Shown here piece after piece: positions 48,720 through 59,086 of a stretch of 64,000 nt of DNA (position 1 is the stretch's first letter; each line of letters starts with the position of its first letter). Below the pieces are notes generated by a model, which did not search any database, was not told the DNA's origin, and was given only the letters and a program-made list of their open reading frames with translations. The translations under genes were made by a program, and so were the position numbers. The DNA is from Anthoceros angustus (taxonomy: Eukaryota > Plantae > Anthocerotophyta), in assembly GCA_010909165.1 (NCBI GenBank), contig MU008160.1, positions 2,170,001 through 2,234,000 on the forward strand. The letters run 5' to 3'.

Positions 48720-51560
48720 GAAGCTAGGTAGTATGTATGGACTTCGTAGGTAGTATGTAAGTGAGAGGCCACCGTGTTGACAAAGTAGGCCTTCCAACCC
48801 TTTGACACGCATCACACCCTGGATAAATTCCCACACATCCTCTCGCATTGTAGCCCACCGTAAGCTTGCATCCAAGACCTTCTTCACGGTGATTTGCGTC
48901 GAAACCACCAGCCTCTTCTCGCATGTAAAGCTCGTGACCAAACAGCTTCTCTAGTTTCCAGACATCGCCGAATCTTCGTCTGGACCAAGCTTATACAAGA
49001 CCCCATCTCGTAGGCAATAAGGGGCTGCCTTGTGAAGAAAACAGCTCGCCCCTCCCTAGACAAACCATCAGGCATGATTCCATGCTCTAGAAATTTTCGT
49101 ACCTCACCATTCAACAGGTATCTTGGGCATGAACGCCCCTCACGTTCTAATCTCCTCCTTCCAAGCATACCACGTCGCCTCCTGCTAGCTCGCCCACCAG
49201 CAGCCCCAGACGGCGTTGATCCATTCACAAATCCATTTTCTCCCTGCTTTGTCCATGCTGCAAGTTTCCTAGCCTGCAGCCCGTTTGCATGCTCCTCCTC
49301 CATCAACGTTCTGATTTCTTCCATTCCTGCTGGTCTAGCCTCGTGTCCAGGTCCAGCTCGTGCTCCCATGGCGTCCTCTCGCCTTGCACCTCCATGGCCT
49401 CAATGAGTGATTTCCCATGAATCGCCATTTCCTTCTCCCAGCTTTTGCTCAAGCTTGTCATGGGATGCATCTCCTTCCTCACCGGGCGCACCTACCTCAT
49501 TAGGGTCGTCTTCCTCGGCCCCATGGCGCCTGGCTTTTGGCCACGGCAAGTGTAAGCGCCTTTTCTTTTGCTTGAACATGACGCTCCACCCATCCGTGCT
49601 GACCATACGCTGCAGGCGCATTCCATGTCACCTCGTTCTTTGCGGGCAGGCTTTCAAACACTCAGCATCGCCCACGCCTCCCGCATTTGCATACATGTTC
49701 ACCGTGCAGCTGCCCACAACCACATCCGCTCAAACCTCTCTCGAACAAAAGCATGTAGCTGGTGCCCGTGTGCAATGCTCCGGCTGCTTCGACCCAGGCC
49801 GTGGCAACCAACTCCTCGTCGAAATCGGTCATCCGTGGCTTCAAGTCTCTCCGCCAGACGAGAAATGAAATCAGCGTTCTGATGCTGTTTCCCTGGCCTA
49901 GTTTCCACGTCATAATCAAATTCTTGTAGCAGCAACACCCATCTGGCAATCCTTCCTGACAAATCCAGCTTGTTCACAAGGTACTTCAACGCAAAATGGT
50001 TGACATGAAGTCAATTTGCAAGCAAGTAGATAGTGTCTAAACTTCTTACAGGAGTAGATGATACCAAGACCTTCCCGTTCTGTGGTTGAGTAGTTCTTCT
50101 CAGCATTCGTGAGCTGTCTACCGGCATAGAAAATCGGGTGGTCCCGCTTTCTTCTCGTCCTTCCGGCTTAAGATGGTCCCAATGGCATAAGCGGACACAT
50201 CCAAGTATACATGAAACGTTTCTCCCATTCGGTGGCTGAACGTGGTGCGCCACCAGCTGTCCTTCACCGCTGAAAAGCCTCTGCCTTGCGGCCCATTCGA
50301 AAGGTGTATCCTTCTTGGTCAATTGTGTCAGCAAGGCTGCCTTCTTAGCAAAATCCTTGATGAACCTCCTGTAATATCCTACCAATCCTACAAAAGCACG
50401 CACCTGCCTCACCGTTTGTGGTGCGTCCATCTCAGCTATAACTGCCACCTTCTCCTTATCTACCTGCAATCCTCGTACTGAAACTCGATGTGCCAACAAA
50501 ATACCTTCCGTCATACCAAAATAACACTTCCCTGGATGAAGTTTCATGTTGGATTCCCTGCACTTCTGAAAACACTGCCTTAGGTGCTCTAGGTGCAACT
50601 TCCTCCTCCCAAACACGCAAAAATCATCCAGAAATACCTCCATGAACTTCCGTAAGAAATCTCGGAAGATAGCATTCACCACACGCTGGTGGCGTGGAGC
50701 GTGCACAACCCGAAGGCAGCTTGGAATAAGCGTAAGTGCCCCAACTGTTGTGAATGTAGTCTTGTCTGATCCTCCCTCCTCAACGAAACTGATTGTAACC
50801 CGAGTAATTGCTAGAAAATCAGACATTTCATGTCCACCACCGTGGTTCAAAGACGTCCATGAAAGGCAAGGGGTGGTGGTCCTTCTTCGTTGCTTCATTA
50901 AGCTTCCTGAAATCTTGACACACCCGAACCTTCCCCTGTTGCTTCTTGGGTACAATCACGATGGGAGCAACCCACTCACTGGTAAGCACCGGATAAATCA
51001 CCCCGGCTTCCAAGTATTGGTCCAGCTGATCCTTGACGACCATAGAATACTTGGGATTCAGCCTGTATTGCTTGATCCTTACAGGAGTGCTGCCCTCCTT
51101 CAAATCGATTCGATGTATCCCAGTTCTTCCGGAATTCCTGTCATGTCAGTAATCTTGAAGGCAAACACATCGACATATTCTCCGAGGACCCTACGAAACT
51201 CTTCGCTTTCTACCACTCCTAGGTGCGGAGATCTTGACCACCTTGCTGGGCTCTAGCTCCAAGTCCTCTACCGCGTCTGGATCTACATAAGTCCCTTGAT
51301 TGCTGCACTATTCCCTGATCCTTCGTCGGGAAAATCGCGATCATAGGCTCTACCCTTCCAGAAGGCTACTCCTTCTATGTGCTCCTCGGCTCCTCCTCGA
51401 CACCACCATCTACTTCTAGGCGGTGTACACCAACCAGTTTTATTGCTGCCACCTCAAGCGGGTCCTCGGTGGCTCGGTCGAAGAGCTTACCCCCGTACTA
51501 CCCGAGGTGTACCCATCGGACTCCCTTCATAGGGTGCCTTACTCCATGACACAAATATAT
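48720..51560 (-). mobile_element. Non-chromovirus Ty3/gypsy (Athila/Phygy-like) pol fragment: RT, RNase H, insertion, integrase zinc domain; no gag or protease
   Basis: SEWVAPIVIVPKKQQGKVRVCQDFRKLNEATKKDHHPLPFMD; FLRKFMEVFLDDF; VRAFVGLVGYYRRFIKDF; RIARWVLLLQEFDY..RPGKQHQNADFISR; ITVKKVL..WEFIQGCDACQR. Cut at ~48720 before the integrase core. Confidence 0.92.
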
Positions 51561-51599
51561 CCTTAAATAATAATAATTAACAGCAATAATTAATTAACA

Positions 51600-52235
51600 G
51601 CAAGGTGTCTATCACGGCGCCAGGGGACCCCTGACCCACACATAATTTGTCCTTACTCCTAAGACCACTCTTCTGAGGGGCGCCCTCTTACTTGCGGTTG
51701 GGATTCGTCCCTTAGGCTGCACACTGTGGCCTCCGCTTTTCCTACACTCTAATTCTCCTCTCACAACTCTCTCAATCAACGCCCTCTTCTTCTCTACTCA
51801 TCTAACCTTCCTTCCTCCACAATCTCCTACTCTAACACCAATTGCTGGCTCATTAATTCCAACTCGCCCTTACGCACAGCTGGCTGCACAGGGTCGTCAG
51901 GAAGTGAGTTCTTCCTTGGGCGGTTGCTATGTGGTTTGCAGACGGCGAGAACCTCCGAGTCTTTCCTGCAGTCTACCCTCAAGCCGAGAGTTCCTTGAGC
52001 ATCGCCACACACTCAAAGCAAAACAATTCACACGGCAACCATTCACAAGGGAGGCGGCTAGCGGGCGCTGCAAAGAGCAAGCCCTCACCCGGCACTCCGG
52101 CGTTCTCCTCTCTACCGGACCTGCGTTGGCTTGCGGCCCGAAATTCACACAAAGTGAAGGACTCGGGAGGATGGGAGCGCAAGACACGATAATTTTACTT
52201 CAAGCTCCCTCCTTTTATAGGGAGGTCCTCACATG
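51600..52235 (-). repeat. Family F LTR (duplicate of copy C, 3'-truncated)
   Basis: Same sequence as 52610-53256; lies in the 51278-52268 / 52268-53290 duplication. Confidence 0.82.
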
Positions 52236-52609
52236 ACCTCCCACAGCGCCCTCACAGCGGCCTCACTCCGGATCTACATAAGTCCCTTCCGGACTGCTAC
52301 CTGCACTATTCCCTGATCCTTCGTCGGGAAAATCGCGATCATAGGCTCTACCCTTCCAGAAGGCTACTCCTTCTCTATGTGCCTCGTCCTCTGACTCCTC
52401 CTCTACGACACCATCTACTTGTAGGCAGGTGTACACCAACTCAGATTTTATTGCTGCCACCTCAACTGAGGGTCCTCGGTAAGCTCGGTCACCGCCCGAA
52501 GAGCTCACCCCCGTACTACCCGAGGTGTACACCTGATCGAAGCGCGGACTCCCTTCATAGGGTGCCTTACTCCATGACACAAATATATCCTTAAATAATA
52601 ATAATTAAC

Positions 52610-53256
52610 AGCAATAATTAATTAGCAAGGTGTCTATCACGGCGCCTGGGGACCCCTGACCCACACCGCAATTTGTCCTTACTCCTAAGACCACTCTTCC
52701 CACACAGGAGCGCCTCTCTGCAGATTTGGGATCTGCCCCCTGGTCGGCCTGTGGCCTCCGCTTTTCCTACACTCTAATCCTCCTCACAACTCTCTCAATC
52801 AACAACGCCCTTCTTCTCTACTCATCTACCTTCCTTCCTCCACAATCTCCTACTCTAACACCAATTGCTGGCTCATTAATTCCAACTCGCCCTTACGGCA
52901 CAATCATGGGTCCGTCCGAAATTAACGAGTTCTTCCTTGGGCGGTTGCTATGTGGTTTGTACTGCAATGAGAACCTCCAGGAGTCTTCCCAGTCTACCCT
53001 CAAGCCGAGAGTTCCTTGAGCGCCACACACTCAAAGCAAAACAATTCACAAAGAACCATTCACAAGGAGCAGCAGTGCGCACCAAAGAGCAAGCCCTCCA
53101 CCCAAAGACTCCGACCGGCTCCTCTCTACCAGAGACGCGCTGGCTTTGCAGACGAAATTCCCCGCACAAAGTGAAGGACTCAGGAGGATGGGAGCGCAAG
53201 ACACGATAATTTTACTTCACAAGCTCCCTCCTTTTATAGGGAGGTCCTCACATACA
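52610..53256 (-). repeat. Family F LTR (copy C, 3'-truncated)
   Basis: Minus strand reads PPT AGGGGGAGGC (53257-53266), then TGTATGTGAGG, then CCTATAAAAGG; matches the start of copy D. Confidence 0.85.
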
Positions 53257-53693
53257 GCCTCCCCCTGGCGCGCCCTCCTGGCACTGCCTCACTCCTTATT
53301 TTAGTGTATCCTATTGTCAGACTTTAAGTTCTGACATCCAAGCATCTTGGGTAAAATTCTATTCTAGCAAAATTCACCTATGTGAGCCTTAATGGCTCCT
53401 GCCAACATTCCTATCTAGCTAGTCAACACACTCTACTGGGCTGACAAGCATTAATGCCTGTCCTCCTCTAAAGAAAAGTCTTCCCAAGTGGCATCTTGTC
53501 CCATGTCTTCAAGCTAATTTAAGGACTTCTTATGAATCCCTTCCTTATCTTGATGCCTATCTTGAGTTCCTTCCTCCAATAAAATAGCCGGGCTCTCTTA
53601 GCCACCGGCTCATCCTCGCCTCCTCTTCCTCTCACTTGTGGAGCAAGTGAGCTCCTTGCTCCTGCACCCATGTTAGGAGGTTGGTCTTCTCCT

Positions 53694-56600
53694 TGTGATT
53701 CTTGCTCCATTCTGCAAGATCAACCCCTCTTCCTTCTTTCTGCAAGGGCCAAGGTACTCGCCTCCTTGCCATCAAATCCATGCTAGCAGCCTTGACCTGC
53801 TTCTTCCGCCTCCTACCATGGTAGGACCTTCTCCTACCACGGAACTCCTCCTACCACGGTAGGAGTTCCCACCGGGTGTTTCTTCTTCCTTACCCCTTCA
53901 CGGGTGATTCTCTCCACTGCAGCTTCTCCCCTTCACTCGCTTCTCCACAGTGCGAAGTTTCTCCACCCTTGGGACACTCTCCAAGTCTAAGGCTTCCGGT
54001 TGGACTTGCATGAGGGCCTCCCCTATCATCGTCATGAGGTCCCAACATCCTCCTTTCAGCAAGTCAACTCGTTAGTGGCCTTGAGCACCTTGTTGTGAAG
54101 ATGGGCTGCAAATCGTTGTTGTGCCATCTCCAATTCTTCGTAATCCTCAAGCCATACTCCATGCTCACACTTGCTTTTGTAAGCATCTCGCTCAAGGCCA
54201 GCTCACGGTCTTGACATGGAGCCACATTCTCCGTCCTCTCATTCTGCAGTTGGCGGATCAATCTTTCTTGTAGGGCGTAATCAGCCCGAAATCTCTGCTC
54301 CCTCACCGCCAACATATGCTGCACAACCGCCTCATGCGGCCTTTCTCCTTTGCCCTTTCTTCCTCCAACTCCCCTATCCTCCTAGGGAGTTGTGCATTCT
54401 CCCGTTGCTGGACTTCTCGTTCCATTTCCAATCTTTGGACAAAATGTGTCCGTTCTTCCCGCTCTTCTTCCTTCAATTCCAGCCTCGTGATTCTCCCAGC
54501 TCCTTTTCCATGTCACTAATCTTCACGGCTGTGTGGCTATGACCCGCTCATGTGCGCCTACTTGCCTTTGTGTTGCCCTCATTCTGCAGATTGCTCTCGT
54601 CTTGACCTTTCCTCCATTAGCAGCACTTGCTTGTCTTCCGCCTTCTTTTCCATGTCGCACCATGTGAGCAAGTTGCTCCACCTTCTCCTCTCGAGCTGCC
54701 AATTGCTTGGTAAGAGCCTTGTTCTCCGAATATGATGGTTTGTTGCCTTGTCTCAAGACTCTTTTCCAAGTGCTCCACTTGAGCTTCCATCCTCATAACA
54801 TCCTCCACCTTTTGGGTTTCCGCCGCCTACCGCAATTTCCCTTGCTTGGTAGGTCCTTGTCTTCTCGCCTCCGTCTTCAAGAATTCAACTCTCCTCTTGG
54901 CGGCTCCTATGTCTACCTTCTGAACATCTCCCCTGTCGCATCTCCTCCAACATGTCTAAGTCTCCTTTCTTACCTCCGGGAGACTCAAGGCCTTTGCCTT
55001 GCTCATGGGATCTTACATCCCTTGCTTCCCTATGATGAGCTCCCGCTCACTGCTCCCCCGTGCGAAGTTTCTTCACCTTGCTTGGGACACTCTCCAAGTC
55101 TAAGGCTTCCGTTGGACTTGCATGAGGGCCTCCCCTATCATCGTCATGAGGTCCCAACATCCTCCTTTCAGCAAGTCGCAACAACTCGTTAGTGGCCTTG
55201 AGCACCTTGTTGTGAAGATGGGCTGCAAATCGTTGTTGTGCCATCTCCAATTCTTCGTAATCCTCAAGCCATACTCCATGCTCACACTTGCTTTTGTAAG
55301 CATCTCGCCCAAGGCCAGCTCACGGTCTTGACATGGAGCCACATTCTCCGTCCTCTCATTACCGTTGGCGGATCAATCTCTTGTAGGGCATAATCAGCCA
55401 AATCTCGCCTCCCTCACCGCCAACATATCTCTTTCCGCCTCATGACGGCCTTTCTCCTTTGCCATTTCTTCCTCCAACTCCCCTATCCTCCTAGGGAGTT
55501 GTGCATTCTCCGTTCTTGGACTTCTCGTTCCATTTCCAATCTTTGGACAAAATGTGTCCGTTCTTCCAGCTCTTCTTCCTTCAATTCCAGCCTCGTGATT
55601 CTCCCAGCTCCTTTTCCATGTCACTAATCTTCACTGTGTGGCTATGACCCGCTCATGTGCGCCTACTTGCCTTTGTGTTGCCCTCATTCTGCGGTGCTCT
55701 CGTCTTGACCTTTCCTCCATTAGCAGCACTTGCTTGTCTTCCGCCTTCTTTTCCATGTGCACCATGTGAGCAAGTTGCTCCACCTTCTCCTCTCGAGCTG
55801 CCAATTGCTTGGTAAGAGCCTTGTTCTCCGAATATGATGGTTTGCCTCCTGTTGCCTTGTCTCAAGACTCTTTTCCAAGTGCTCCACTTGAGCTTCCATC
55901 CTCATAACATCCTCCTGCATTTGGGTTTCCGCTCGCCTACCGCAATTTCCCTTGCTTGGTAGGTCCTTGTCTTCACTCCGTCTTCAAGAATTCAACTCTC
56001 CTCTTGGCGGCTCCTATGTCTACCTTCTTGAACATCTCCCCTATGCAGCATCTCCTCCAACATGTCTAAGTCTCCTTTCTTACCTCCGGGAGACTCAAGG
56101 CCTTTGCCTTGCTCATGGGATCTTACATCCCTTGCTTCCCTATGAGCTCCCGCTCACTGCTCCCCCGTGCGAAGTTTCTTCACCTTGCTTGGGACACTCT
56201 CCAAGTCTAAGGCTTCCGTTGGACTTGCATGAGGGCCTCCCCTATCATCATCATGAGGTCCCAACATCCTCCTTTCAGCAAGTCGCAACAACTCGTTAGT
56301 GGCCTTGAGCACCTTGTTGTGAAGATGGGCTGCAAATCGTTGTTGTGCCATCTCCAATTCTTCGTAATCCTCAAGCCATACTCCATGCTCACACTTGCTT
56401 TTGTAAGCATCTCGCCCAAGGCCAGCTCACCGCCTTGACATGGAGAGCCACATTCTCCGTCCTCATTCTGCATTGGCGGATCAATCTCTTGTAGGGCATA
56501 ATCAGCCAAATCTCGCCTCCCTCACCGCCAACATATGCCGCACCACCGCCTCATGACGGCCTTTCTCCTTTGCCATTTCTTCCTCCAACTCCCCTATCCT

Positions 56601-57390
56601 CCTAGGGAGTTGTGCATTCTCCGCTCTGGACTTCTGCTCCATTTCCAATCTTTGGACAAAATGTGTCCGTTCTTCCAGCTCTTCTTCCTTCAATTCCAGC
56701 CTCCGGCGGATTTCTCCCAGCTCCTTTTCCATGTCACTAATCTTCACAGCCTGTGTGGCTATGACCCGCTCATGTGCGCCTACTTGCCTTTGTGCTGCCC
56801 TCATTTGCTGCAGAGATTGCTCTCGTCTTGACCTTTCCTCCATTAGCAGCACTTGCTTGTCTTCTGCCTTCTTTTCCCATGTGCGCACCATGTGAGCAAG
56901 TTGCTCCACCTTCTCCTCTCGAGCTGCCAATTGCTTGGTAAGAGCCTTGTTCTCCCGAATATGATGGTTTGCTCCTGCCTTGTTTCAAGACTCTTTCCAA
57001 GTGCTCCACTTGAGCCTCCATCCTCATAACATCCTCCCGCTGGGTTTCCGCCGCCTACCCGCAATTTCCCTTGCTTGGTAGGTCCTTGTCTTCCGCCTCC
57101 GCCTTCAAGAATTCAACTCTCCTCTTGGCGGCTCCTATGTCTACCTTGCTGAACATCTCCCCTATGCGCATCTCCTCCAACATGTCCAAGTCTCCTTTCT
57201 TACCTCCGGGAGACTCAAGGCCTTTGCCTTGCTCATGGGATCTTACATCCCTTGCTTCCCTATGATGAGCTCCCGCTCATCACTTGGTGGGGCAACTCCT
57301 CCCACCGTGACTCCATCCGCCGCCCACCTAACGGGCCGGTTGCCTTCTTATCTCCCTTGGGAGCTTCCAAACCGTGACTTCCTTTCCTCC
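53694..57390 (-). mobile_element. Family F ORF2 (copy C), three tandem copies with ~1.1 kb period
   Basis: LGPHDDD word at ~54032, 55145 and 56252; the same junction gctcac|tgctcccccgtgcg at ~55045 and ~56155; ORF 56502-56930 reads EERSR..QRQVGAHERVIATQAVKISDMEKEL. Confidence 0.85.
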
Positions 57391-57499
57391 TACCGTGGTA
57401 GGACTAATTCCCACCGTGAGGTGGTCTTGTCATGAGAGGACGAAGGGGTCCCAAACCACCGTGGGAACACCTCCCACCTCGCAGGCGGATTCCCGCCAT

Positions 57500-58480
57500 G
57501 GTAGGATCTATCCTACCTTCCATCTCCGCATCCTCCGCGGTCCAAACTTCAAATCCCCTACAACTTCTCCTTGCAAGTCCTCCCGCACATCCTCCGCCTA
57601 TCTTTGGAGGGATTCCTTCCGAATAATGTCCGTGGTGCTGGCACCTCCTTTAGCAAAGCACCAAGCACTCGCCCCTCCCCGGCCGGTAAGTACACAATGT
57701 TAAAGGGATGCTTGGAATCATCCAACTCCTTACTTGTGAGTAGCCCTCTACTTCCCACAAATGCACTAGATAAGTGCTAAGATAGCACGGCCTTGGACCT
57801 CTTCATCCGACGTTGGGTTTCAAAGAACTTTTCCGGTGGTAGGTGTATGCTTCATACATGATGAGCCCCAATCCGCTTCGCTCCTTGAGTGATCTTCCAC
57901 AAATGGAGGAAGGTAGTGCTGAATATGACACCCTTGGATTGCTCACCAAGCCCAAAACAATTCTTGTGAACAATCTCCACTTGGGCTCCAAGATTTGGTC
58001 CATCCGCCAACCGCTCTTGGACTTAGCCTTCATGCCCCTTGCATAAGTGGGGCTCCCTTGGGAAGATCCGCTGATGCACGCTTGCCTCCACTCGTTCCTT
58101 CCATCAACGTGATTCCGCTATCCTCGCTATCCGCCAGCCATATACCGCGATGCTCCTTACGGTCCAACACCGTGGATCCGTCTGCGTTCCTATCCGTAAG
58201 GCAGCCAATTCCTCTTCCGTCTGCTGCAAATTAGCAAAACACTCCTCTATCAATTCAAGGTTGGTGTAAGACCAATGTCGACCCATTCTAGCTGAATATT
58301 CTCTCGCTGCCCAAGGTCGAAAGTCGAAAGGTCTCTAGAGGACAATCGCTCGCATAGCATGTGAACTGCGGCATGTCAAAGCCGATCCTCCGCCTTAGAC
58401 CTCTTACCCGCCCGCACCACCTCCCTTGGTGGACGCTCCTTCCTTGGCTACTACCTCCTTGCCCTTGGTCATGGCCTCGT
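57500..58480 (-). pseudogene. Family F accessory ORF1 (copy C)
   Basis: FDMPQF, GRHWSYTNLELIEECFANLQQ, DPRCWTVRSIAVYG, RIVLGLVSNPRVSY, LGLIMYEAY, GSRGLLTSKELDDSKHP. Confidence 0.78.
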
Positions 58481-58685
58481 GGAACGCAAAAAGTTTGGGC
58501 AACTAGCTTAAATGAGTTCGTTTGAAACAGCCCATACTCTTTGCTAGGAATGGTTTGGTGAAGACATGCAAGGAAATTTTTGCTCCTTTTGAGCGGAGTT
58601 GTAGGACCATGTCGGAAGGCGAGAGGATATGCAGGAAAAGAAACGGGTCAAACGACCTATTGGTGAGGAGAAAGGTAACCTACAT

Positions 58686-58862
58686 GAGTGGTAGGAGGTG
58701 TCCTACCACCGTAGGAGAAACTCCTACCATGGTAGACGAGGGTAGGAGAGATCCTACCACCATAGGAGAATGACCCTGCTAGTGTTTTGATCACCTACCA
58801 GTGTAGGAATAGCTCCTACCATGGTAGGAGAGGGTAGGAAGGTATCCTACCGCCGTAGGAGT
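58686..58862. repeat. Cluster of CCTACC-NN-GGTAGG palindromes
   Basis: About 7 variants (cctaccaccgtagg, cctaccatggtag, cctaccatggtagg, cctaccgccgtagg and others). Similar clusters at 39295-39350, 46365-46440, 53810-53870 and 57388-57515. Confidence 0.88.
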
Positions 58863-58875
58863 AACTCAAGAGAAT

Positions 58876-59086
58876 TGAGGACTTGCTCAAAGGATCTTAT
58901 ACATTGATTATCATAATAGAAAGTACATTGAGTTTATATGAAGTAGGTGGTTATAGGTTGTTGTAACCAATTAACCATAAATAACTAAAGCAACTACTTC
59001 TAACCCTAAGAATTAATTAATTATTAATTCTAGGGATTTATAGGAGCCCTAATGAATAGTGCCCTAATATGCGAAGTATTTCATCA
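58876..59086 (-). repeat. Copia 3' LTR (related to family H)
   Basis: Minus strand reads PPT AGTGGGAG (59087-59094), then TGATGAAATA...; similar to 8601-8873. The end at ...CCTCA is approximate. Confidence 0.75.

Noticed and set aside
51612-51622. TGGCGCCGTGA (minus strand) as an Athila/Tat-type PBS after the F LTR
   Set aside because: The same word lies inside the LTR in copies A and D, which continue ~300 bp further, so it marks a truncated LTR rather than a PBS.
39295-58862. Palindromic repeats or tandem arrays as a CRISPR-like system
   Set aside because: No constant repeat with unique spacers, no cas genes, and a eukaryotic TE context.
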